Origin: Callorhinchus milii
Taxonomy: Eukaryota
Direction of reading: 5' to 3'
Assembly (NCBI RefSeq): GCF_018977255.1
Contig: NW_024704743.1
Coordinates: forward strand, 92,320,001-92,384,000
DNA length: 64,000 nt
A program made the position numbers and the translations under genes. The number at the start of each line of letters is the position of its first letter. The first letter of the stretch is position 1. A model generated the notes under the pieces. It was not told where the DNA came from. It ran no database searches and saw only the letters and a list, made by a program, of their open reading frames with translations. This document shows positions 40,924 to 52,642 of the stretch, piece after piece.

Positions 40924-42500
40924 ACAACAACAACAAGATTCCATTTATAGAGCGCCTTTCACGTCTTGAGGACGTCCCAAAGCGCTGGACAGTTGGGTCA
41001 GGACCCGAGCAGATGGGGAAATGGTCAGGGTGAGGGGAGGGAAGGGAGGGAGCGAGGAGGGGGGGAAATGGTCAGGGTGAGGGGAGGGAAGGGAGGGAGC
41101 GAGGAGGGGGTAGAGAGTCAAGAGGGGAGGTGAAGGCACAGTCAAAGAGAAAGGTCTTGAGACCGGTCTTCAAGGAGGAAAGGGAGGAGGCAAGGCGAAG
41201 GCACTGGGGGATGGAGTTCCAGAGCTTAGGGGCTGAGAGACTGAAAGCCCGGCCACCGATGGTAGGGCGGTTGGGGCGGGGGATGTGGAGCAGACCGGAG
41301 CCAGAGGAACGGGGGGTACGGGCAGGTAAGTAGGGGGATAGTAGGTCGGAGAGGTAGGAGGGAGCAAGACCGTGAGTGGCCTTGTAGATGAGGATGAGGA
41401 TCTTGAATTCGATCCTCTGGGGGATGGGGAGCATGTGGAGGCGAGCGAGGGTGGGAGTGATGTGGTCGTGGAGCCTGGTGCGGGACAGTACACGAGCTGC
41501 AGAGTTCTGAATGACCTGCAGCTTGTGGAGGGAGGTGCCGGGAAGGCCGGCGAAGAGAGAGTTCCCATAGTCCAGCCTTGAGGTGATAAAGGCATGGACC
41601 AGAGTTTCAGCAGCGTGAAGGGTGAGGTAGTGCCGTAGTCTGGCGATGTTTCGGAGGTGATGGAAGGCGGTGCCAGTTGTGGTGCGGATATGAGGAAGAA
41701 AGGACAGCTCAGGGTCGAACAGAACACCGAGGTTCCTGACTGGCTTTGAGAGGTGGAGAGTGCAGCCTTGGATGCTGATGCTGTCAGAGCCTGAGGTGCG
41801 GAGGCGCTGACGTGAGCCAATCAGGAGGGCCTCAGTTTTACGCACGTTGAGCTGAAGAAAGTTGTCTCTCGTCCAGGACTTGATGTCAGACAGGCAGGCT
41901 GTCAGGACATCGGTGGTCGTGGAGTTGATGGTAGAATTGGGTGTCATCCGCATACATGTGGAAGTTATCCCCATGTCTGCGGATGATGTCACCAAGGGAG
42001 AGCATATAGAGGGTGAAGAGGAGGGGACCGAGGACAGAGCCCTCAGGGACACTGCACAAGACAGTGCGGGGGCTGGAGGAAAAGCCGTTTGTGGAAGCAA
42101 AATGAAGACAGTGGGAGAGGTACGACCTAAACCACTCAAGGACAGGGACTTGAAGGTTGAGGTGGGAGGACAAGCGGTGGAGGATAGCGTGGTCTACTGT
42201 ATCGAATGGTGCCGATAGGTCAAGGAGGACGAGGAGGCAGAGGGAGCCCTGGTCACAGATGGTCAAGATGTCATTGGTGACCTTGACCAGGGCAGTTTCT
42301 GTGCTATGGGCAGCACGGAAACCTGACTGAAGGGGTTCGAATAATGCATGGGTGGGGAGGAAAGAGCGCAGCTGGGAGGCGACAACTCTTTCAAGGACCT
42401 TGGACAGGAAGGGGAGGTTGGAGATGGGCTGGTAGCTTGATAGCTGCGACGCACCAAGGGAGGGTTTTTTCAAAGTGGGAGTGATGATGGCAGTTTTTAG
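40924..42500 (-). mobile_element. Young L2 (lineage A), 1.6 kb, RT to tail, with frameshifting deletions
   Basis: ORFs 41886-42473 ([23 protein letters not shown]) and 41072-42139 (..LKTGLKTFLF); two-copy 3'UTR repeat; (TTG)n tail. Confidence 0.97.
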
Positions 42501-42740
42501 GCCACATTAGCATGGAAAGGTAACCAGTGCACATGTGTAATGAATGCATGTTATAATAATAATAATAGTTCTTGCATTTGATATTGCACCTTATTACATT
42601 GTTGAAATGTTTCAAAGCGTTGTGGCATGTGTACCTGCTTACAAATTGCTTGAGGCTGGACAATATGGACAGGGACAGCAGGATCTATTTTAGCTGATTG
42701 TAAAAAGTGAATAAGTTAATTTGTGCACATTATGATACAG

Positions 42741-44190
42741 CTGCACTGTATATCCTTCCTCATATTGGATACCCAACGATTTAAAGGTCCTCACCCTTGT
42801 ATTCAAGTCCCTGCACTCCTCTGCACACCCCTACCTCTCTGACCTCCTCTCTCCTCAAAACAGTACCCATTGCCTTCGTTCCTCCGGGTCTGGCCTCCTC
42901 CTCGTCCCCCGAGTCCTCCGCTCCACCCTCAGCGGCTGTGCCTTCAGTCACTATGCCCCGAGGCTCTGGAACTGCTTTCCTCACTCCCTTTGTCTCGCTC
43001 CCTCCCTTCCGATTGTCAGGTCTCTGCTGAAGACCTTTCTTTTTGACCGCGCCTTTGGTCACCTTCCCCCACCCCCACCCTCCTCCTGGCTTGGTCCTGG
43101 GATCCGTTACTGTAAAGCACTCTGAGACGCCATCCGGCATGGAGGGCACTATATAAATCCAAGTTATTGTTGTTGTTGAATACAGTATTCCAAATGAGGT
43201 CTGACGAGCACTCTCTCTCTTTCGAAAGAAACACCTTTAATAATCCAGACTGCTTATAATAAAAGCCAATATCCCATTTGCCTTATTCACTAATTTCAGC
43301 TCTTGTGGAGAATTATACAAGTGTGAATGACATAATTCCTGAACAATATATTGTAACTTATGAAATAGGTTTAAAACTATATCAGGGTACATTAAGTATT
43401 AATGAAATCATTCACATTGCCTTGTGAAGCATTAGTTATACAACCTATTATAATTTAATAGTGGTTCCAGTATTGAAATAGAAAGTTCTGAGAATTGATT
43501 CCACTGAAGAAAACAGTTATAGCAATCTAGTATGACATCAGACAAATTATAACAGGATTTCAGGAAATAGAAGTATGTTACACATCAGACCAAATTTAGA
43601 ACTTCTCCCTGAGAGTAGAAGCTGCTGGAAATACTAGATCCCATTCACTATATATTCAGTCTGACCACTTTGGCACAAGTCCACTCTGTTTGCCACCATA
43701 ACCTGCACCATTGACTAAGTCTACTGGAGTAACTCATAGTGCAGCCCCTCCAAGTGTGAAGTCCATCCACCCACACAGGCCATTATTTAAACAGCATTTA
43801 GCAGAAACCTGTACCCATTAGATTGCCTACACAACCATTATTAAATAATAATTGGTTGTATAACTAATGCTTCACAAGGCAAAGTGAGTGATTTAATTAA
43901 TAATTAATGTTTCCTGATAACATTTTAAACCTCTTTCATAAGCTATATTGCTCAGGAGTTATAATGTCATCCACACAAATATAAAAATAATAGGCCGGTT
44001 ACACTTTGGCATGTATGCTTCCAGTCAGGAGCAGAAATTAATGAAAAAGGCAAATGGAGTATTGGCCTTTATTACAAGACGTCTGGAATATTAAAGGAAG
44101 GAGGTGCTTTTCCCCCTTGCTGATCAGACTTCATTTGGAATATTATATACAATGCTGGATATCCAATCTGAGGAAGGATATACAGTGCAG
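42741..44190. repeat. Long inverted duplication: left arm 42741-42779 + 43179-43466, right arm 43833-44190
   Basis: Perfect 29-bp core 43417-43445 / 43854-43882; degenerate reverse-complement match along both arms; outer parts are CR1-derived. Confidence 0.9.
42780..43178 (+). mobile_element. L2 lineage C 3' end inserted in the left arm of an inverted repeat
   Basis: Lineage C tail and (TTG)n; the flanks rejoin to match the uninterrupted right arm. Confidence 0.9.
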
Positions 44191-44929
44191 GACCATTGTA
44201 ACATATTTGTGTATGAGGACTCTCTACCTACAACCTACATCGACTACAGCTATGCTAGAATCTTCCTCTTAAGAATAATGCATTCACTTCTCCATTATGC
44301 TGCTCCCAATTTTTCAGAATACGTGAAGCTGCGGATGTATTTGAACCTGATGTCCTAAACATCACCATATTCTGTTCTTCTCACCTTTGGCCTTCAGCTC
44401 ATTGACTGACATTCTAGTGGTCAACCTGACAAGTCTGAGCCACTTGCACAATTCCCCCAGTGCATAAGTTGCATTCCCCTTTTTCTGTGCTGGGCCAGTA
44501 GTTTCAAAAATAATGTTTTCCTGCTTTTGCGCCAGATGGGCCCTGGCATTCAACCTTCTTCTACCTCTCCATAGTCTATGCTGGAGTCCGTATTGCACAT
44601 CCATTCTCTATTGAATCCAGCATGTATATATAACTATAAATATAATTTACAGTAGACACGTCCAGGTGTCAATTATCACCTTGTGCTTGTTGAACTGGGT
44701 GCTCAAGCTACTTTCTGAAGGCAGCTTGTGATTGGCTACATTCCCACCATTACATTTTCACTGTCCCAGAGACTAACCATGAAAAAAAATCATGAGGTAA
44801 CATTTTGACACAAAAGATTATATGATACATCATCAAAACACTTTCCTCAAGTATCATATGTTTGACAAATGTTGACCCCCCCCACCATCTCTTCCAATCA
44901 TGCTTATGTTTAGCAGATCATGCCTGAGG

Positions 44930-45830
44930 GGTAGCAATTAGGCTGCATTCTGCTTCCCAGGGGAAAAGGTGAGGGATATAAAGGTGAGGACAGATGAGAT
45001 AATGAGGAGGAAGACTGGAAATCCAGTTGTTGATTTCAATGTGAGGATGAATTACATCATGGATACAAGGTCATAGGAGCTAAATAAAGAATATATGGAG
45101 TTGGTGAGAAGCTTTAAAAAAAAGGGTGTAAAGTTGGTGGTATCTGAGTGGGCTTCCTGTATTATCTGGGAGTGTGGAAAGAATGAGCAAGATAATTATC
45201 TTCAATGACTGGTTAGGAAAAATGTGACAAGGTTTCATCATTTTGCACATTTGTCTGTCTTCAGCTTTATTGCATGCCCTGTGTGGCCTGATTACTTTCC
45301 CAGTGGTGATCACTTTCGGCTGCATCCATTGTCATTCCGAATCCCTTGTGGCAAGGACTGCTATCCCAAAGGTACAATTACAAGCTTGGACTATTTACAA
45401 ACTAGGATTTTGTTTCTCAGTCTTGTATTTAGAAGGTGAATTAATATCAATAATCTCACCAGTTTGTTTACCAATTCTAATAATCTAATTAACCATCCAC
45501 TGAGAATAAAATATGCACACACGACAGCGAATATAAAGGATTAATTCTAACAGAGAGGAGTAGAAGCGAGCTCAGATGAAGTTATGAAGAAATGTGGCAG
45601 TACTATAGCTGCTAACTATAGACCTATTTGCTTGACTTAATTAATTGGAGAACTGAAAGGTCAATCATCAGAAAGAAAATGGGAGGTTAATCGGATAAAA
45701 ATAAACTGATAAATGACAGCCAACACATGATCAGGAGGAGTAGATCTTGTCTAACCAACCTCATAGACTTTTGTTTGAGGAGGTTACATCCCATATTGAC
45801 TGTGCAAAGTCATATAATGTAATGTATTGT
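44930..45830 (+). mobile_element. Ancient CR1 relic: ORF1 SGNH-esterase region (44950-45250) and ORF2 RT piece (45600-45830)
   Basis: CFPGEKVRDI..PVV.FNVRMNYI..EYMELVRSFKKKGVKLVVS /frameshift/ LPV..RMSKIIIFNDWL..GF; then ANYRPICLT and RSCLTNLIDF. Confidence 0.7.
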
Positions 45831-46252
45831 CATAAGGTAGAGGATTCTTGGACCTCACTTGATCCAGGAGTTTTGGTCCATGTTTTGGAGCCAGGATGTT
45901 GTTTTCATTTCTTATTGCTTTTCTAGGGGTAATCTGCTTAAAAGTCAAAAATAAACTAGATCATGCTGGTGGCTTTGGACCAGGTCGGCCTCATCACTAA
46001 AAGTTAATGTTTCAGCAAATTGGTTAGACTTCAAGACTTCTGTGATTCCACTATAGATTCCATTTAGACAACATTGTGGTTGTATTTTCTATATATTATT
46101 CATGTTTTTTATATTTAATAGAAAAATAACTATGATGAGTCAGGACGTCTATGGCCCGTTATTCAAGCAGATGCCTTTGATTTTTATCTTAAAATCAAGA
46201 AGTGTTGGATGTCTGAATTGAATAATAAATTGCATTGAAAAGCTACCTGATA

Positions 46253-46554
46253 CAATAATATAATAATAATCCTTGCATCCATATAGCGCTTTTCATGTCT
46301 TCTAGACGTATTAAAGCGCTTCACAGAATATGCTATAAAGTGAATTGACTGTATATTTGTGGGCGAAACGCAGCAGCCAATTGCGCACAGCAGTGTCCCA
46401 CAAACAGTCGTGGATTGAAAATGACCTATTTATTATTGCTTTGGAGGGATTATTATTTGGCGTGTGGAGTAAGGAAACTTGCGCAACGTTTCGCCCTCCC
46501 TGGAGTTGAACTCGCAATGTGAGTGCTCTAACCACTGAGCTACAGGACTCCACA
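46253..46554 (-). mobile_element. tRNA-headed Deu-like SINE, short form
   Basis: tgtggagtcctgtagctcagtggttagagc head; core; (TTA)n tail. Confidence 0.95.
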
Positions 46555-46628
46555 AAATAGGTGCTGCTGTGGTGGATTGCTGTTCAATGATTCCCAATGT
46601 ACGCAAAAGATTTTCTTGCTGCATATAC

Positions 46629-46944
46629 TGTGGAGTCCTGTAGTTCAGTGGTTAGAGCACTCGTTTTGCAAGTGAGAGACCTGAGTTCAATTCCAGGTAG
46701 GACGAAACCTTGGGCAAGTTTCCTTACTCCACACGCCTAATAATAATCCCTCCAAAACCAAAAACAATAATAAAATTGGTCATTTTCAATCTGTTTGTGG
46801 GACATTGCTGTGCGCAATTGGCTGCCGTGTTCGCCCACAAATATACAGTCAATTCACTTTACAGTGTGTTCTGTGAAGCGCTTTGGGACATCCTCCCGAC
46901 GTGAAAAGCGCTATATCAAATGCAAGGATTATTATTATTATTAT
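46629..46944 (+). mobile_element. tRNA-headed Deu-like SINE, short form
   Basis: Head with A and B boxes; core; tail with an L2-type inner loop; (TTA)n. Confidence 0.95.
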
Positions 46945-48166
46945 ATGAGGAGATATCACATACATGCCATTTAAATTCATGAGCTAAGTATTGTATTAAG
47001 TATTATATTAAGTATTGTAATTTATCTGACAGTATGTGGTAAAATACTCAGCGAAGAAGGCTCAAAGAGTTTTATATTTTGGGTTAAAAACTTCCTGGCA
47101 CAATACAATGGCCTAAGATTTATTTCCTGATATTCCCATTCGTTCTGATTTGCATTTCCAATATTAACGGTGTGAGTAATCACAGAACTTAAACATCCTT
47201 ATAAGAACAAGTAATAACCTTTTCAGTTGATATTACACATTGGAAGGTTGTTTCAAAGCGTTTGACAGGATTTACAGTAAAATGTAGTGATTGTATATTT
47301 GTAGGTGATTCCAGGCAGCCCATTTGCACACAGCAATGGCCCACAACTAGCCATAAAGTGAATGACCAATAATAATCTGAAACATTTTAAGACTCGTGGA
47401 TAATGCTATCTAATTACTGACTCTAAACTTGGGGATTCTGTATAGAAATTCTGTTCAATTATTTAAGATCCCAGTAGGGATTTGATAAGTGCCATGTATT
47501 CATTTTTCCTGGAAGCAGAACACACCTAATCATCATTCCCAATTCACCTGTTCATCTTTCTTCATGTTGGTGTTGTTTAGTTAATTTATTTAATTGCTAC
47601 TTTATTTCCCCATCGCTGATGGTATAATTGCAGGTACGATTAAGATAATCGTATTCAATTGTAATTGCCCAGTGAAACTGATGCTCTGTATTATGGGACT
47701 CAACTTTGCTGAATAACCTATAACCTTGTTTCAGGAAATGATCCTTTGTTAATCCACGCAGGTAGTGAATCACCTGATTTATATTTGTGAGTAGGGAAGG
47801 GGTCAATCACATATCTGACACACAAGGAAACCCATCACAGTGCTTGAAAGCATTCAAACCAAACTACTGAACATTCCACTCCACATATGTAGGGTTTCAA
47901 TGTGTTTGTTATTGTGTGAATATTCTCTCCCTGTCAAGCAATGTGTCCAGTTTACCTAATTCCAGAGGCACAGCTATTGATAAGAACCAAAGCTTTGGGA
48001 CTCAAAGTATGTATTGAGTTATAGCTGGAATTAATCAAAGCAGCTAGTAATTGTGAAAATCATCAAGCTTCGTGCTGCTTGTTCTGCTAGGTCCAACTTA
48101 CCCTTTAGGGCTTTGGCGTGCAGGATTAAAAATGGGAAGATTCCCAGGACCTAGTCATTAGCCTTC

Positions 48167-49495
48167 TTGGGCCGGCAGCTATCAAGCTACCGGCCCATCT
48201 CCAACCTCCCCTTTCTCTCCAAGGTCTTGGAAAGAGTTGTCGCCTCCCAACTGCGCTCTTTCCTCTCCACCCATTCTCTTTTTGAACCCCTTCAGTCAGG
48301 TTTCCGTGCTGCTCATAGCACAGAAACTGCCCTGGTCAAGGTCACCAATGATATCCTGACTATCTGTGACCAGGGCTCCCTCTGTCTCCTCGTCCTCCTC
48401 GACCTATCGGCAGCATTCGATACGGTCGACCACGCTATCCTACTCCACCGCTTGTCCTCCCACCTCAACCTTCAAGGCACTGTCCTTGAATGGTTTAGCT
48501 CTTACCTTTCCCACCGTCTTCACTTCGTCTCAACGAATGGCTTCTCCTCCACCCCCCGTACTGTCTCATGTGGTGTCCCTCAGGGCTCTGTCCTCGGTCC
48601 CCTCCTCTTCACCCTCTATATGCTCCCCCTCGGTGACATCATCCGCAAACATGGGGTTAACTTCCACATGTATGCGGATGACACCCAACTCTACCTTTCC
48701 TCCTCTACTCTCAACTCCACGACCACCGATGTCCTGACAGCCTGCCTGTCCGACATCGAGTCCTGGACGAGAGACAACTTTCTTCAGCTCAACGTGCGAA
48801 AAACCGAGGCCCTCCTGATTGGCTCACGTCAGCGCCTCCGCACCTCAGGCGCTGACACCATCAGCATCCAAGGCTGCACTCTCCACCTCTCAAAGCCAGT
48901 CAGGAACCTCGGCGTTTTGTTCGACCCTGAGCTGTCCTTTCTCCCTCACATCCGCACCACAACTGGCACCGCCTTCCATCACCTCCGGAATATCGCCAGA
49001 TTACGGCACTACCTCACCCCTCACGCTGCTGAAACCCTGGTTCACGCCTTTGTCACCTCAAGGCTGGACTATGGGAACTCTCTCCTCGCCGGCCTTCCCG
49101 GCACCTCCCTCCACAAGCTGCAGGTCATTCAGAACTCTGCAGCTCGTGTACTGTCCCGCACCAGGCTTCGGGACCACATCACTCCCACCCTCGCTCGCCT
49201 CCACTGGCTCCCCATCCCCCAGAGGATTGATTTCAAGATCCTCATCCTCACCTACAAGGCCATTCACGGCCTTGCTCCCTCCTACCTCTCCAACCTACTA
49301 TCCCCCTACCTACCTGCCCGTACCCTCCGTTCCTCTGGCTCCGGTCTGCTCCACGTCCCCCGCCCCAACCGCCCTACTATCGGTGGTCGGGCCTTCAGCC
49401 TCTCAGCCCCGAGGCTCTGGAACTCCATCCCCCAGTGCCTTCGCCGCCTCCTCCCTTTCCTCCTTCAAGGCCGGTCTCAAAACCTTTCTCTTTGA
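48167..49495 (+). pseudogene. L2 ORF2 reverse transcriptase domain and C-terminal region (no endonuclease, no true start codon)
   Basis: 442 open codons: [65 protein letters not shown]. Confidence 0.95.
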
Positions 49496-49769
49496 CCGTG
49501 CCTTCAGCTCCCCTCTCGACTCTCTTCCTCCTCCTCGCTCCCTCCCTTCCCTCCCCTCACCCTGACCATTTCCCCCCTCCTCTCTCCCTCCCTTCCCTCC
49601 CCTCACCCTGACCATTTCCCCCCTCCTCGCTCCCTCCCTTCCCTCCCCTCACCCTGACCATTTCCCCCCAATGCTCGGGTCATGACCCAACTGTGCAGCG
49701 CCTTGGGACGTCCTCCTGACGTGAAAGGCGCTCTATAAATGGAATCTTGTTGTTGTTGTTGTTGTTGTT
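48175..49769 (+). mobile_element. Youngest L2 (lineage A), 5'-truncated 1.6-kb copy
   Basis: Open RT ORF, three-copy 46-bp 3'UTR repeat, intact tail stem-loop, long (TTG)n tail. Confidence 0.98.
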
Positions 49770-50181
49770 CTTCTCCAAGTTCCCACTATAAACAGGCCTC
49801 TGTTTACCAGCAGGAAGTAGGAACCCGCTTGTTAGTCGATTGGTGGATCGCTTTCCGGGCAGGGGTAATAATAATAAAAATAATAATAATGTGGTCACTG
49901 AACCCATGATTGTTTGTGGGGACGTCGCTGGGCGCAATTGGGTGCCACGTTTGGCCCACAAAACGCACAATAATAATCCCTCCAAAACAAAAAACAATAA
50001 TAAATTGGTCATTTTCAATCCACGGCTGTTTGTGGGACACTGCTGTGCGCAATTGGCTGCCGAGTTTCGCCCACAAATATACGGTCAATTCACTTTACAG
50101 CATATTCTGTGAAGCGCTTTGAGACGTAGAGAAGATGTGAAAAGCGCTATATCAAATGCAAGGATTATTATTATTATTATT
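49770..50181 (+). mobile_element. Composite SINE: long-form fragment (~49770-49967) fused to a short-form 3' part (~49968-50181)
   Basis: Deu-like core occurs twice in tandem with a single tail. Confidence 0.88.
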
Positions 50182-50394
50182 GTTATAAAAGACCAAGTTG
50201 TTCATCATCAACACTGCCTAGACTATTACAGAGCTGCCTGTTTAATGAACTGGACAACCGAGACATTAATGGAGGATTGACTCAATACTGAATTTATTGC
50301 CAGGCATGTCATCTTGCACTCAATTCAATCCCAAAGAGATGCTGCTTACGATCCCCCAAAGGAGGATGACTGCTATCACACTATCAGTAGGCAA

Positions 50395-50602
50395 GCCTCC
50401 AATCACTGTGCCCCAAATCTTTGAAACTCCTTCCACCTCGTCCCCTCCTTATCTGTCTTCATATCCCACCTGAAAAACCACCTCTTTGACTGCACCTTTC
50501 TCCCCCCCTCCTTCTCCTTTGGTTGATATCCAACCCCACCACTGTACAGCAGTCTGAGAGGTTGTCCTGTAAGAGCAGTACTATATAAATGCAAGATGTT
50601 GT
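50395..50602 (+). mobile_element. Old L2 3' fragment
   Basis: ctttgaaactcc..cacctgaaaaaccacctctttgac and a degenerate tail. Confidence 0.65.
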
Positions 50603-52642
50603 CTGACTGAGCTGATATTTCATTGTAGCTATTTACCAATTGTTGAGGACAAAGCACGGATTTACATCACGTAAGCTTGTAAACTGTATTCTTTGTTCAA
50701 CTCACTGTATCAATGCTGTAGATGTTTTTTACTGGGTCCATTGTAGCTGCCAACCCAACAGGCTTTATAATATCTTATATTCCTGGAACAAATAGAAACT
50801 CTATGATTGTCATTTTCAGAGGCAATCCCTGGCCATTTGTTGGGGAAGCTATGTTAGTTGGTTGGGGTTACAAGTGGGTACGAGGGAAAGGCTAAAGGAG
50901 AGAGAGTGCTGACCTTTGTTCTGTTCTGGGGATTAGTCACTCACCTTTATTTTGCTTGCTGTATATTCACAAGATCATGAGATTGGTCTGGAAGAAGAAG
51001 GTCCTACGGCCCATCCTGTCTTATCCTCCAGAACATCCACTCTACCATCCTGCCATTACAGTGTAAAATTACTTTCCTGGCAAAGTGTTTCAATCATTAA
51101 TTACCCTCTGCTTAAAGAGAAACTTCATAGTATCTGTACTGATGTTCACCTGTGCAATGATAAACCTATGTTCTCTAAAATATAGAATCGGATTTGCTTT
51201 TTCAGTCTATTGTGACTTTATCTGCCAGAAACCTCTTATGCAAGCTGGTGTGTGAGTCTTCTTTCCATTGAGGATGCTTGTGTGTGTTTGTGATTAAGGT
51301 TATTAAAGCCACTTTTTTTTAAATGGCAAAACCTAGTTTGCTATTATCCTTTGACTCGTTGTGCAATCATGTAACACTATTAATCCCCAAAAAGCACTGT
51401 CTCACTTGAATGGATATACAAACCTCCAGCCACTGTGGTGATTTGCTAAGCCTGGAAAACTCTAATTTTGTGAAGTAATTTTGAAATGGAGTCAGTGAGT
51501 GAGCACTGCCTTTTTAATCAGTCAATACAAATGACTCCACTTATCACATCCAGTGATGTCTGCATGAGGCATGTGAAGGAAGCTAAACAATTGAATTGTT
51601 GGCTCAAGGGCATTAATTGTTTAATTTTTGCCCTTTCAGATGACTAAAAGTAAACATAAGCCTGAAACGTACATTTATTTCACTTTATTTTATCTTTGGC
51701 AATGGTTGAATGAATGCATCGAAGGAAAACTCTCTGAATATTGCTTCTTTTTAAGGACGATAATTAAATACAACAAGGCGTGAAAAGGTTTGTTTCGTCT
51801 TCACCTATGCCACCTTGTATTCTCATTCAGATTCTTCTTCAGTCTTCCTGTCCTCATACAGTCTGCTGCCTTTTAAAACTCAAGCAATATGTTATTTCAC
51901 TCTGCTCATGTCTCCCCTTTGCTTCCAGGGTAACCTGGCCATTCACCTACGTTTCTGTTATTCCCACCCCCACAACATTTTGACTTACATTTCTGATACA
52001 AGGCATGGCAACAGATATATATGTATTTTATATATTCAATTTTTTTTTACCTTTTCTGAACACATTAACGTCTAGAAGACTTGAAAAGTGCTATAGCAAA
52101 TGCAAGGATTATTATCATTATATATTATATTAGTGAAATTGGATAGACCATTATGTTAAACTCTATGATTTTCAGAATTTTGGAACAAGTATGCTAAAGA
52201 ATGGCTGCACAAGCTGCCAATAGTTAAACATGATATCTATCTCCACCTCTCCCCCAGAGTGCCAGACCTTTGCTTTGTGCTGTCTCGCTGCTACAGTGAT
52301 AGCCCTTCTTTATTATTAAATCCTGGGTGTAAAATATGGTGATTTCAAACCTAATTTCTAAGTAGGACAGTGAGTTCACAAGTAGGCATTGCTGGTAAGT
52401 GGAAGCGCAATGAGCGCAAACCCGTGGGCACGTGTTTTGATGTGAGCTACTTCTTGAGCAGAGCTCCCGCTGGTCATGTGACATGCAGTTACTGGAAGTC
52501 ATCTGCATTTCTGAGTCTTATCAAAAATTCCCATTTGAGAATGCTACCTTTTAGTTGTATAAAGGCTCTAAGGATGCACAACCTGAAAATGTTCATCCCT
52601 CTCATTTAAAATACGCAACTGAAGATTATTCGTGTAAATTTG

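Noticed and set aside
48167..49495. 442-aa RT ORF as a domesticated gene or retron/DGR-type system
   Set aside because: Ordinary 5'-truncated L2 ORF2, nearly identical to neighbouring broken copies; no ATG start or accessory components
49530..49669. CRISPR-like regularly spaced repeats
   Set aside because: Head-to-tail units with no unique spacers, inside a LINE 3'UTR; no cas genes
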